A stretch of DNA of 64,000 nucleotides from Epithemia pelagica (lineage: Eukaryota; Protista; Bacillariophyta): assembly GCA_946965045.2 (NCBI GenBank), contig OX337229.1, positions 1,984,001 through 2,048,000 of the forward strand, in the 5' to 3' direction. Position 1 is the first letter of the stretch. The number at the start of each line of letters is the position of its first letter. The notes under the pieces were generated by a model, which searched no databases, was not told the origin of the DNA, and worked only from the letters and a program-made list of their open reading frames with translations. Of the stretch, positions 45,508 through 56,894 are shown piece after piece. Position numbers and translations under genes: made by a program.

Positions 45508-45710
45508 GTCGTGTTCGACATTTGACAGCATGCATATTGCATATCCAAGCCCTCGATCTCCGTGATTGTCCATTTATGTTTATGTGTTTTGCAGCTGTCT
45601 TAAATCCTATCAAACTGGATAAAGGTAATATCGTTTATCGTTTTGTTAAACTGTATGTACTGGAGTAACTATAAACACGTGTAGCTTGAGAAGCAAAGCA
45701 CTGAGCATGT

Positions 45711-46283
45711 TTAGAAGGAAAACATGGGCTTCTTGGCAGGCTTCATGTCAGCAAGGGTCTTTTCGGCAAAATCGGCATGACCGGCAGCGTCGGCAAGATC
45801 CTGGTAGACGGCCTGACAGGTACCCTTGGCATCCAAAACGTAGGTGACGCGTCCAGGGAGCAATCCAAAAGCGGCACGAGGGACATCAAAGGCAGTTCGG
45901 GTGGCATCACCTTCGTCGGCCAAGACAGAAAAGTTGAGACCCAAATCAGAGGCAAACTTGGACTTGGAGTCAACATCCTGTCCCGAGATACCAACGACTT
46001 CGGCGCCGTACGAGGAACGGATGGAGGCGACGCGTTCATTGAACTTTTCGGCCTGCACCGTGCAACCAGGGGACGAGTCGGCAGGGTAAAAGAACACAAC
46101 CAAAGGCTTCTTGATTTGGGATCGCTTGATAGTCTTTCCGTTTTGGTCCGTAAGGGCAAAGTCAGGAGCCACTTCACCGACGGCCAAATTCAATGCCGAC
46201 GAGGAGGCGGATCGTGGAGCGATGGGCGCAAAGGCGTCAGCCACGGAAGCGAGAAGAGCGACGAATGTAACAGCAAACTTCAT
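45711..46283 (-). CDS. PRXQ: Plastid peroxiredoxin Q / BCP
   Basis: [20 protein letters not shown] bipartite presequence; [26 protein letters not shown]. Confidence 0.93.
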   Translation of the reverse strand: MKFAVTFVALLASVADAFAPIAPRSASSSALNLAVGEVAPDFALTDQNGKTIKRSQIKKPLVVFFYPADSSPGCTVQAEKFNERVASIRSSYGAEVVGISGQDVDSKSKFASDLGLNFSVLADEGDATRTAFDVPRAAFGLLPGRVTYVLDAKGTCQAVYQDLADAAGHADFAEKTLADMKPAKKPMFSF

Positions 46284-46664
46284 GATGATATCAGTTCTTC
46301 GTTGAGTGGAAGAGTGTATTTTTTATGATTGAATTGAGAAAGAGATCGTTGCTTGCAATGGCGTGTGAAGGAGGTGGCCAATGGCCAAGCTCATCAGCAA
46401 CAACATTGATGACGAAACTGAATTTGTGAGGAATGAGTCAGTGAGTCCAGGATCCATCACGAATCACGAATATCTTTGCTCGAGAAAGAAATCCATCGAT
46501 TGTGTCGCTTTTGGAGCGTGGCTAAGTCGCTCTTATTCTCGTACGTTTCTTTGGGCGTCCGTGGAGCATTTCTTGCATCCTCAACTTCGTCTTGGCACTT
46601 CGGTTCTCTTTTCTTTCGACGTGCATGGACCCTTGTCACACGGGGTCCTCTTTGATGGTGTGTC

Positions 46665-48475
46665 ATGTTTACGAGAGTCCTATCAATGCTGTATCTAGCT
46701 ACAAGATCGACTTGTTTCTTATTCCAAAAGAGAGCAGTTCATTTCCCAAGAAAATCACAACACTGTCGGTATTGGACCATGCCTACTCAATGCGCCTTGT
46801 CATCGTCGGCGACACAGAACGCAGTCGGAGACAGTGCTTATGGGACCAATATGAATCAGGAAGATATGATGGAGAGTGACCAGCTCGTTGCGGTGGATGA
46901 AAATGATGTTCTGGTTCCAAATGTTGAGCTGTCGAAGCGAGCTGGACACACTTTTGATATGAAGAATCCTAGAGCAACACTGCATCGTGCCTTTTCCTTC
47001 TTTTTGTTCGATCGAAACAACAAAATGCTTCTCACGCAGCGAGCTAGCTCGAAGATCACCTTTCCTAGCGTCTGGACCAACACATGCTGCAGTCACCCAC
47101 TATATGGAATGAAGCCGAATGAAGTCGACGTGGTACCAGATGCCTATCCCCGATTTCCAGGAATCAAACAAGCGTCGTTACGCAAACTTCGACACGAACT
47201 TGGTCTGAATCTCCTTGACTACATTGACGGAAACAATCTAGATGAGGAAATAAAGTTCCTTACCAGATTCCATTATTGGGCTTCCGACACAATTACCTAT
47301 GGTGCCGAAACTCCTTGGGGAGAGCATGAGGTGGATTACATTTTGTTCTGCAAAATTCTGCAGGATGGCAGTGATATCTCCATTACTCCAAATCCAGATG
47401 AAGTGTCGGTGCACATGTTTGTTTCTATCGACGAACTCAAGACAATGATGACCGATCCAGATTTGCTGTGGTCTCCTTGGTTCCGTGGCATTATGGACCG
47501 CGGAGCCTTTGATTGGTGGGACGATATGGAGGGAAGTTTGGCGGGAAAATACACCAATGAACATGTCGCATTCTTCGATCCACCTCCAGCACATTATGCA
47601 TCCTACAATTTGCCTGCACATGGACGATTGACAGGGGTCTTGTCGGCAAAGCATAGCACACCTCCAGCGGTTGATACTGGATTCTTGGATGCGAAATCAG
47701 CAGCCGCATTGGACGAAGAACTCATGTCCACACCAGGCTTTTCGTTGGAGCAATTGATGGAACTGGCAGGTTTGTCCGTCGCTGAAGCAGTCTATACGGT
47801 CATCCAAGACGACCAAAAATCGTCAAAGGCATCGGACGACGACTCCAAGCCACAGATTTTGTGCGTTTGTGGCCCTGGAAACAACGGGGGAGATGGTTTG
47901 GTGGCAGCTCGTCACTTGAAGCTCTTTGGGTATGATTCAGCCGTAGTGTATCCCAAGCGAAGCGGACGGCAACCACATTACACCAATCTCGTTCAACAAT
48001 GTCTTGATTTGGATATACCCGTCCTTGATGAAATGCCGTCCAATTTCAGCAACTACCGCGTAATTGTGGATGCTATTTTTGGTTTTTCCTTCCAAGGGGA
48101 ACCAAGAGAACCCTTTGCGACGATTCTAAAGCAAATTCAAACAGCACAAGAAGATGGTTCATCATTGGTCGTGGCGGTAGATGTTCCGTCAGGTGAGTGG
48201 AATGAAGCGCCTCGGATGTACTTTATGGATTTCTGCAACTCTTACTTTTTTCTGACTGACTACGCAAAGGCTGGCATGTAAATGAGGGCGACGTCCTGGG
48301 CACAGGGTACCTTCCAGAGGTTTTGGTAAGTTTGACAGCTCCGAAACTTTCGGCCCAAAACTATCCCAAACGACACTTTGTAGGAGGTCGATTCTTGCCA
48401 CCTTCGTTGGCAAAGAAATACAATGTACGAATGCCACCGTATCCCGGTGTGGCACAAGTTATGGAAGTGAATTGA
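46665..48475 (+). CDS. IDI: Fusion: type-I isopentenyl-diphosphate isomerase + NAD(P)HX epimerase (YjeF_N/NAXE); intron 48193-48269
   Basis: LHRAFS, LTQRA..KITFP..WTNTCCSHP, HELG, WGEHEVDY, SPWF; in the same frame LMELAGLSVA, GPGNNGGDGLVAARH, VDAIFGFSF, DVPSG|W, SLTAPK, GGRFLP. Confidence 0.92.
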
Positions 48476-48980
48476 ACCGAGAGACACATGTAGTCAAGGC
48501 CAGCAGTAGGAACTTGCTTCTAAACCTCTGGAGTTTGAGAATTCTCGAACTCAATATCACGACGAGTAACAACTCATTCAGAAAACCAATCACCGTAACA
48601 TGCATCTCTGGAAAGAAAAAAGCAGTGTGTGTCTGGAAGGCCATCTTCTTGACTTTTTCAATTCATAAAGTCATTGTAAGTTACGTGGATAGAGAGACAA
48701 TTTGTTGCATCGATGATTGAAAACTCTAGGTAGGTGTTCTTGTACTCATTCGCTGACTTGAGGAGAATGAATCGACTAGGTAGCTACCTACTCTTAGCGT
48801 TGAAATGAAAGATTATGCACCCCTAGCATTTTATTAGTCATGTGGGGACGCTGGAGTGTAGGTTCGCGTGACAGATTCCGAATTCCGATGAGATATCTTG
48901 AGATCTTGACACGACAAAGGGAGGATCTTTCTCATATCCGTACTCCCATCTGAAATCTGAAAGGCAGATAGCACGCAACG

Positions 48981-50537
48981 ATGAGGACTGAACGATGGAA
49001 AGGAGCTCTTCTGTTTGCTTGTCATGTCCTGCTCGCGAAGCATGTTTCGTGTTTAGCGGTTCCACTCGATCCTGGTAGCATTCGTGTCATTTCGACCAAC
49101 AAAAACAGTGGAAGTGGTAAGATATTCACTTTCCAGCAAAACGACAGTGCCGACGACGTCCATGCAAGCGTTGGTGGACCTATGACCGGAACATCCCGTT
49201 TCGACAAATCTCTCGGCAGTATTCTTCCTGCTATGGCCTCTGGTTTGCGATCGACCTTTCTTCCCTCGGGATACCCGTCGAAAATCCCCCATGGATATTT
49301 GCGCTATGCCGTATGGAGTTGGATCCAAGATTTATCGACGCAATTGCGGGGCGTCCTTGCGACTCAAAAAGTACTGGAAGGAGTGGGAGTGGGTCGTCCA
49401 GGGGCTACCGCCCTTTCAGCCATGCTCAACTTTTTGGTCCGTGATGGCTGTGGCATGGCGGCTACCTTGTTGTTCACGGCTTCTGCAGCCAGTCGGTTTC
49501 AAAGTGACGTCAAGAGATGGAGGCTGTTTGCCGACATTATGGTGGACATTGGAATCACCTTGGAAGTTGCGGCAGCGCAAGTGCCACAGCGATTTTTCCT
49601 TCCAGTAAGACATTTTGTCTCGATTTGATCTGTAGACGTTATTGCTGAACTCAAATAATGTTCTGGATGTTTTGCTGTTGCTTTGGGACAGATGATTTGT
49701 GTTGGTAACATGTGCAAAGCCATGTGTGGTGTTGCGGCAGGATCAGTTGGTGGTGCCATTAATCTCTACTGGGCTGCACAAGGTACAGACATATCGGACA
49801 TTAGTGCCAAGTTTGGGGCACAGCAAACAGTCACGGCCAGTTTGGGTCTCATCGCTGCTGCTCTCCTGGCAAAATCTGTCTCCAATGTTCCGGCAACTAC
49901 TGTCTGGATGCTGTACTCTGGACTGACAGTGTTACATATTTTTGCCAATGTTCAATGTATGAGAATACTCGAGTTTCATACCTTCAATGCGGCTCGACTA
50001 AGGATGATATTCCACGAATTCTGGAATCAACATTCCATGGACGAAAGCAACCCCACCAATGCTACGGTTACTGTTGCTTCTCCATCCAAGATTGCATCAC
50101 GAGAGCCATTGATCTTCCTTCCTGGATTTGTTTCACAACTTGGAAAAGGCCCCAGCATCTCGTTCGGAGTTCCGTTTAACGATGTGGTGGATGCAATGAA
50201 AACCCAACCTAATGTGGAACTTCTCAGTCGACCATACTGGCTTTCCGTGTCGGAACGAAAGAGCCCGTGGATGGGCTCGAAACACGTCATCAAGGTGGCG
50301 TTGAACGCGCGCACCACACCCCGCCAACAGATTCAAGCATACTTTGATGCTCTTGTCCTTCGGGAGAAGATAAAGCACCAAGGAAATGAACTTTCTCTTG
50401 CACGAGAGGAACTGGACGGAGGCCAAAGCCCACCTTGGTATTCGTTTTCTAAATCATGTCAAGAAGCTGGATGGAATCTAGACATTAGCAGTCTGGCTAG
50501 CGAAGGTTATGAAGTTACTGTTGACTTGGGAACTTGA
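48981..50537 (+). CDS. RUS1/DUF647 (root UV-B sensitive-like) protein (intron 49605-49691)
   Basis: FLPSGYP, YLRY..W, GVLAT..VLEGVGVG, DVKRWRLFAD, GNMCKAMCGVA. Confidence 0.88.
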
Positions 50538-50596
50538 TGGTCATCTTTTGGACTGCACAACAGGCATTAATCTTTCGCAGACACCAAGACCTACCG

Positions 50597-52165
50597 TCAC
50601 GCCACCGAGGTCTCTTGTGACGGCATCAACTTGGTTTGTAGCACCTTTGTACGATTGCGACCCATGATGGACTCTTTCGTGAATGTCTCTACTCTTTGAA
50701 CGAAACCATCCACTGTATAGGTCGTACTATTTATCTGCCGATCAGGTCCTTCTTCCAGTATCTTGGAGTCGTATGGATGAACGAAGTACACAAAGTGCTT
50801 TTCAAGCTCAGTTGTAAGCAGCAAGGATGGACCAGGCATTTGACAGGCATTTGCCAACAATTTGGATGCATTGCGAGAAGAGGAATACATGACTGGTATT
50901 GCATCGCGAAAAGACGGGAAAAGGCATTCCATCAGTCCGTGATCTGCCAGCTGAGAACGAGATATGATAAACCCAGTTCTAGGATGCAACTTGTTTGTTG
51001 GAACAAGTAACGTTGGTGATGAACGAAGAATTGCCTCCCTTGTTTTATTCTGTTGGATTGGAAACTGTATGGATGGTCCCAAAGTCATTTGGTTCGGAGA
51101 CCAACTAAGTCTTGATTGTGGCGACCATAAGTGGACATTGTCGTGTTCGGTTCGATGGAGACTTTCTGGTGACGAGTGCTCGGTTCGATTGGGCGTGGGG
51201 ATGTGGGCATGCGGAAAGACTGGAACAAAGGCAGGTATGTATTTTTGTGGAGGGTTCTTTCCAAGGTTACCATGGCCATCAGTGTATGAGGAATGGTTCT
51301 CCAGTTGTTGAGAGAGTGTCCAGAAATGAGACACATGCGACCCCAGAATCCGGGCTGTATCTGGCCAGACCATGAAGAAATGATAAAAGGGGAACTTGTC
51401 TCGTATGGCCCACCACGCCTGATGTTGTTGTGAATTCTGAGGGGCAAGGCGACCTGTATGTGGATCAGGGATGAGAGGACTAGCATTTGGCCAAATCGAT
51501 ATGCCCACTTGTGAGGGAAGAGCCTTTCGGATAAAGGGCAAGAACGGTGTGATATCCACTTGATCAGAAACACTGGCACCGGTCTGAGTTTCAATGATCC
51601 ACACAATATCGACATGAAATCCAGTTTGATCCAAGATGGTGGCTACACTGTGACGCATCAGAGGCACTGCATTGTAGACCGCTGAGCTAGCTTCATGGGC
51701 CGAAGATACGGTAGACGTGACAATGTACAGTACTCGAACTGGACTGGAAGTGTGCTGGTCCTTTTGCAGAATTGAGCGGCCATCTACCATTTCTGGTCGT
51801 CCTTGATGAGGGAGGGTCAACGGAATCCATTGGATAGTTGTCGATGGTGTAACTGCAGGGCCAATCAAGTAGTACACCAGGTAAACTGCCACAAACTTCC
51901 AGGCCACCCATAGAAATAAACAAAGCCATTTATACTTTGGAGGAACTTTGGCAATGGTAGATTGGTAATGATGTCGTATTTTGCGAACCAGCCAGAAGTT
52001 CCGACTTTGTTTGGACTGTGAGGACGAGAGCAATGGATCCTGTATAGAAGACTCGATATCATCTTGCCTGGCGGATTCTCCGTCCATTATTCCACTGGCG
52101 CTTCGGGTGAAGCCCTTCCATATTCTCTCGATAGAGGGTGATAACATGGTGTTTGGTTTGCCCAA
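50597..52165 (-). CDS. Hypothetical type II membrane protein
   Basis: 522-aa ORF with a single N-terminal TM helix (WLCLFLWVAWKFVAVYLVYYLIG) and a lumenal domain of unknown family. Confidence 0.6.
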   Translation of the reverse strand: MGKPNTMLSPSIERIWKGFTRSASGIMDGESARQDDIESSIQDPLLSSSQSKQSRNFWLVRKIRHHYQSTIAKVPPKYKWLCLFLWVAWKFVAVYLVYYLIGPAVTPSTTIQWIPLTLPHQGRPEMVDGRSILQKDQHTSSPVRVLYIVTSTVSSAHEASSAVYNAVPLMRHSVATILDQTGFHVDIVWIIETQTGASVSDQVDITPFLPFIRKALPSQVGISIWPNASPLIPDPHTGRLAPQNSQQHQAWWAIRDKFPFYHFFMVWPDTARILGSHVSHFWTLSQQLENHSSYTDGHGNLGKNPPQKYIPAFVPVFPHAHIPTPNRTEHSSPESLHRTEHDNVHLWSPQSRLSWSPNQMTLGPSIQFPIQQNKTREAILRSSPTLLVPTNKLHPRTGFIISRSQLADHGLMECLFPSFRDAIPVMYSSSRNASKLLANACQMPGPSLLLTTELEKHFVYFVHPYDSKILEEGPDRQINSTTYTVDGFVQRVETFTKESIMGRNRTKVLQTKLMPSQETSVA

Positions 52166-52465
52166 AGTGCTTGGGAAAGAGTGTCCTTGTTACGAATGTC
52201 AAACCTCATGTTTGCGTTTTGAGACACGCGACCCGTTTTTTGGGTCATTTGTTTGTGGGGGGAAGTCACTTTTTGCCCCCTACCTCGTGGTCTGTCTGGC
52301 GCAACGCCCCCTATTCAGTCGCGGCATGGTCACGTCAATAATAGCCACCAACGAATTATCTCCATCGGTGAAGGAGGTTGAAGGGCGAGAAACAACAAAC
52401 AAACAACACGTTCAATGAATTGACCTCACCACATCCCGTGTAGCAATAGCCGCTTCTATACAACC

Positions 52466-53434
52466 ATGCAATCGGATGATATGATATGGCAGGTGATAAA
52501 TCACCAGTTTTGCTCCTTCAAGACCACAATCGGAAAAGCCTTGTCGGACAAGCAGCACTTTTGTCGACATCCATATTCTGTCACAGGGTTTTGCAACCGC
52601 ACATCGTGTCCCTTGGCCAACAGCAAGTATGCAACTCTGCGGGAAGACAATGGTCGCGTCAGTCTCTACATCAAGACGGTAGAGCGCGCTCATTCACCGA
52701 AAAACATGTGGGAAAAAATATACCTGTCTCGAAACTACTCCAAGGCCCTGGCTCAGATTGACGAGCACCTGCAGTACTTTCCAAAAGTATTAATTCATCG
52801 AAACAAGCAACGATTGACCAAAATCCACCAATATCTGATCCGTATGCGAAAAATTGAGCTCAAAGTTCGATCAGGCCGCAAGGCAAAAATGGTCTCCATA
52901 CACAGGAAGGTTGAACAAAGAGAAGAACGACGAGAACGAAAGGCGTTGGTGGCAGCTAAGATTGAAACCGCGCTCGAGAAAGAACTAACTGAGCGATTGG
53001 CAAAGGGTGCATATGGTGATATTTATAACTTTCCGGAGAGTCCATACCAGAAAGCGTTGCAAACAGCTGAAGAGAAAGAGGAAGAAACGGAAGCCTTGTC
53101 AGAAGAGGAGGAACAGGATGAGGATGAAATGGAAAGTATGGTTGAGTACGTGGAAGACTTAGATTCGGAGGAGGAACTAGAGGAAGACGACGATATTGAA
53201 GACATGGCAGACTACTTAGGCGATGGACAATGGGGTTCTCGGGGCGACGACAGCGATGATGATGACGATGACGAGAGAGCCGATGGAGACGACAAAAAAT
53301 ATGACGACGACATGAATAGAAAACCATCCAAAAGGGATAAACGTAGTCCAAAGAAGCGGGGGCCGCGGATTGAAATTGAATACGAGGAAGAGAGGGAAGA
53401 TCAAGGCCAACAAATGGTTTCAACCGCGACCTAG
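52466..53434 (+). CDS. MAK16: Ribosome biogenesis protein MAK16
   Basis: DDMIWQVINHQFCSFK, FCRHPYSVTGFCNRTSCPLANSKYAT, KTVERAH, acidic tail. Confidence 0.97.
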   Translation: MQSDDMIWQVINHQFCSFKTTIGKALSDKQHFCRHPYSVTGFCNRTSCPLANSKYATLREDNGRVSLYIKTVERAHSPKNMWEKIYLSRNYSKALAQIDEHLQYFPKVLIHRNKQRLTKIHQYLIRMRKIELKVRSGRKAKMVSIHRKVEQREERRERKALVAAKIETALEKELTERLAKGAYGDIYNFPESPYQKALQTAEEKEEETEALSEEEEQDEDEMESMVEYVEDLDSEEELEEDDDIEDMADYLGDGQWGSRGDDSDDDDDDERADGDDKKYDDDMNRKPSKRDKRSPKKRGPRIEIEYEEEREDQGQQMVSTAT

Positions 53435-53571
53435 AGGAGTCCAGGTAGCCCATGATGATGATAGCCCCTCTGGCTTGGGGTTAGCTTAAGGTAGCTCCTT
53501 CAAACCCTAACGTAGACCGAAACCCTGAACCCTGAACACCAACCCCCAAGAAGCACAAAGATCCTGAAGAC

Positions 53572-54234
53572 ATGACGGTCATGTCTTTGGAGCATCGCCT
53601 TACACTTTTGGAAAAAGAGAGGCATACTTGTCCTCACAATTACGAAGTAGATGATTCTATGAGAAAAGCGCGGCAGGCTGTTGAAGATGCCTGCATATTC
53701 TCGGCGGTTTGGAAGTGGGTGCCTTCTAAATATTATAATTGGCCATTGGATCAAAGGGCGGACTTCTTGACTGGTAGCTCCAAGAACCTGGACTTCTTAT
53801 GTAAATCTTTGGTTATGGAAAACAAGAAAGTATTGGATAATGATCCCGACACCAAAACGAACCCGCGGTTCGTCGTCGTGATTATCCAGTATGCCGCATC
53901 TTTTTCTAACAAAAAGTTGGGAACGGCCATACGCTCACTACGCCCTCTTCATGACCGCATTGACATAAGCCGCTTCGATTTTCGTATCGCATCGAGTGAG
54001 GATAATGATCGATTGACGGGATACAGACACAATAGTGTCACTCCGTTTGGTTTGCTATCAGATATCCCTATCATTCTGACAAAAGAAGTGGTGGATTTAA
54101 AATATTTTTGGATGGGAGGCGGACATGTTGATCTCAAACTCAGAGTATCATCATCAGAGTTCATCGACAAAATGAAACCCTTGGTTGCCGATATCAGTGA
54201 TCCTCGTGACGGCATGGACGAGTTAGACGCATAG
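53572..54234 (+). CDS. YbaK/aminoacyl-tRNA editing domain protein
   Basis: LCKSLVMEN, LTGYRHNSVTPFG, FWMGGGHVDLKL. Confidence 0.85.
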   Translation: MTVMSLEHRLTLLEKERHTCPHNYEVDDSMRKARQAVEDACIFSAVWKWVPSKYYNWPLDQRADFLTGSSKNLDFLCKSLVMENKKVLDNDPDTKTNPRFVVVIIQYAASFSNKKLGTAIRSLRPLHDRIDISRFDFRIASSEDNDRLTGYRHNSVTPFGLLSDIPIILTKEVVDLKYFWMGGGHVDLKLRVSSSEFIDKMKPLVADISDPRDGMDELDA

Positions 54235-54424
54235 GTAGTAGGTAGGCCCTTTCATCGCTTCACAACAATCTACGTATGCAATGAAACAAATTGAATGCCT
54301 TAAAGACATGGTTAAGTTTAAATTCATACTGCTAACTTTAATCAGTTGTTTGACCTTGTGCGGTATGCAATGAAATGGCTCAGTGAAACTGAAAACATCG
54401 GTCCTACTCACTAGTCCAATGAAT

Positions 54425-54902
54425 TTAGCCCATCACACTCTTAAGTTGTTCTTCGCTGTCCAACAATTTCACAAAGGCTTCGGAATCAAGGAACTTTTCG
54501 AAATCTGGTGATTCTATATCGGGGATTGCACCGCTTGGTGTCGATGGCGCGGCGGCAGCCGGTGCTTCCTCAACAACCTTCTTGGACGAGAAAAGCGTGC
54601 TGATCTTGTACATCAAATAAAGACCAAAGTAGCCCCCGAACACAGCCATACAAACTGGAAAATAGAAATAAAAGAATAAGAATACATCTAAAGGGAGTTC
54701 CAAACAGGTTGCGGTGGTCGACGGATGACAAACCTTGGTGGTCTTCTGGGAAGTACGTTCGCACCACTTTATCGAGTCCTTCCCACTTCGGAGGAGGAGC
54801 ATGTGATCCGCCAAGACCCATGTGGCGCTTTTGGCTGTGGCCAATCAATTGTCGAGCCAAGGCACGACGAGAAGTCGCGGCGACAGAAGAAAGAGGAATC
54901 AT
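54425..54902 (-). CDS. Small single-TM mitochondrial-type protein, possible ATP synthase subunit k/DAPIT-like (intron 54733-54655)
   Basis: Arg/Ser/Ala presequence; spliced WEGLDKVVRTYFPEDHQ|VCMAVFGGYFGLYLMYKIS. Confidence 0.55.
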
Positions 54903-55198
54903 GGTAACAACAATGGAGCCTTGTCGATGGTCCGTCTCGTGTGACGCAGAGCGTAAGTCCCTCGTCCTTGGCTTCAATGTGAGCTAGGTAGTGATATTTT
55001 TTATTTCAACATTGTGCTATTTATCAAATTTCCAGCGTTTTTGTTCTCTACAGGAGAACCAAACCCAGACCGGCAGCACCGACATCGCTCAAAAGGACAT
55101 CATACATCATCGAAAGCAAGAGAAGCCCAGTGCAGTCAGTTCATCGGTAGAGCAAGAACAAATACTCGTAGCATGCCCAGCAATAATCCCATAACGAG

Positions 55199-55603
55199 AT
55201 GGATTTTATCTGTAACACAGTCGCATTCGCAACATCTCGACGATCAATGGTACCATCTCAACGCGGTGTAAGTACTTTGAGCTATGTAGTGTCACTTTCG
55301 GTCGACGAGTTTGGTACAGGCATAGATCCTTCTGTTGTAGACTCTTCTCATCGATCTCATTTATTGTATGACAGGCATAATATTCTGGCGGTCCGCCTAT
55401 GCGACAAGTGGCTCCACAACAAAAATGGAGAAGGTATAGTGACCTTCGACGAATGGGGCCCAGATACGATATCCTGGGCGAAGAGGCCTTGCGATGAACT
55501 CAGCATCAACTCAAAGAAACCAGATGTTGTGTGCGAAACGTATGCCCTTGCAGCGATCAAGCGTCGAGAGCGTCTTCTACGTGAAGTGAACGAAGAAGCT
55601 TAG
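55199..55603 (+). CDS. Possible hypothetical protein
   Basis: 134-aa ORF with no recognised motif. Confidence 0.3.
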   Translation: MDFICNTVAFATSRRSMVPSQRGVSTLSYVVSLSVDEFGTGIDPSVVDSSHRSHLLYDRHNILAVRLCDKWLHNKNGEGIVTFDEWGPDTISWAKRPCDELSINSKKPDVVCETYALAAIKRRERLLREVNEEA

Positions 55604-55760
55604 AGTTCCTAGAGACTCCGTCCGAGATCTTTACTTTCAGATTTGACAGACCATTTGTCATATCGGTAATCTTGGCTTTCTCCTTTCTAAGAAAGAACTG
55701 CTCGCGTGTGTGATTTATTTTAATAGGGCTTGAACATACTTTTAATTACAAAAATATGCG

Positions 55761-56894
55761 TCATGACCAATCCGCAATCATACCTGCGGAAGGAGTCTCA
55801 TCATTTCCTGTTAATTTCCAAACAATCCGGCGGTCCCGATCAATTGAATGATGTTCTGCTTGGATAAGAAGTGGCTCGGCCGTTGCGCCGGATTCACCGT
55901 TGTACCCAAAGGACAAGGTTAGGTTGCCAGATAGATGGAGAGTATCGAGCCCAGAACTATTGGGTGTAGAGTTTACCCGCCTCGAGGTGGCAAAAGCAGA
56001 AGAATGCTTCTGAATGGAAGAACCCATCCATCGGCCTACACTTTGACCATCAAGTCCTCCACCATCAGCTACCGTACCTGACGACGAGGAACTGTCGTAC
56101 TGGCGCTCCCACGATATTGTGACGGAGGGGGAAGAAAATTTATTTGATGAGAGAAATTGCCATGCAAATTCCCCTTCCGACAGATTCTCTACCCTCGAAA
56201 CAAGAACACTCAGACGGACGCGATGAAGAGGCGCGTCATGGGTACTGCAATCGAAGACAGTTTCGAGTCGCCATGTATTTGGGACGTTTGGGGCTTTTTT
56301 GTCAAGAACAGCCGAAGCAAAGCACTCCGCTCTGTTGATAGGGAACGATGTGATGAGTTGAGGACTTTCAATCGCTTTGACAACGTCCATATTGTCGACA
56401 GAGCAACCCGTTTCTGGTAGAATTGTCAAGACATGACGTGTCCATGGCTTCATGTCCTCACTGGCCAAGTCTTCCGAAACTAACGTTTCCACATAGTCGG
56501 GCACCTGTCCCCATTCCAACATACTTTCAGGAACCCACAGTTCAGGAAGAGGCAGGACATTGCCCTCTTTGTCCAGTTTCACCGTAATGCCAGCGAAATC
56601 ACCGCCCATCACAGCGCTCTCAGCATGGTGCTCGACTTCGATCGCAGCATTGGAAAAGGAGTTGATTTTGGTATGTTCGGCGCCTGGCAAATCAAGAGTT
56701 TTTCTCATGATCCAGGTGCTATATCTTGGAAAGAGAGAAAATGAGGAACATCCTCTTTGAAAGAGTGCAAATGTGCAGGCACAGCTCAAGGCAAAAGTTC
56801 GTTGATCATTGTTGAAAACTGTGTTTAGAATCGTTCCAATATAACCACCAACACTGTAGGTTCTCTTCCATTTGCTTCCACATCTGTATGACAT
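55761..56894 (-). CDS. Hypothetical protein
   Basis: 377-aa ORF with protein-like composition (GGDFAG...VPESMLEWG...ILPETGC); family not recognised. Confidence 0.6.
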   Translation of the reverse strand: MSYRCGSKWKRTYSVGGYIGTILNTVFNNDQRTFALSCACTFALFQRGCSSFSLFPRYSTWIMRKTLDLPGAEHTKINSFSNAAIEVEHHAESAVMGGDFAGITVKLDKEGNVLPLPELWVPESMLEWGQVPDYVETLVSEDLASEDMKPWTRHVLTILPETGCSVDNMDVVKAIESPQLITSFPINRAECFASAVLDKKAPNVPNTWRLETVFDCSTHDAPLHRVRLSVLVSRVENLSEGEFAWQFLSSNKFSSPSVTISWERQYDSSSSSGTVADGGGLDGQSVGRWMGSSIQKHSSAFATSRRVNSTPNSSGLDTLHLSGNLTLSFGYNGESGATAEPLLIQAEHHSIDRDRRIVWKLTGNDETPSAGMIADWS

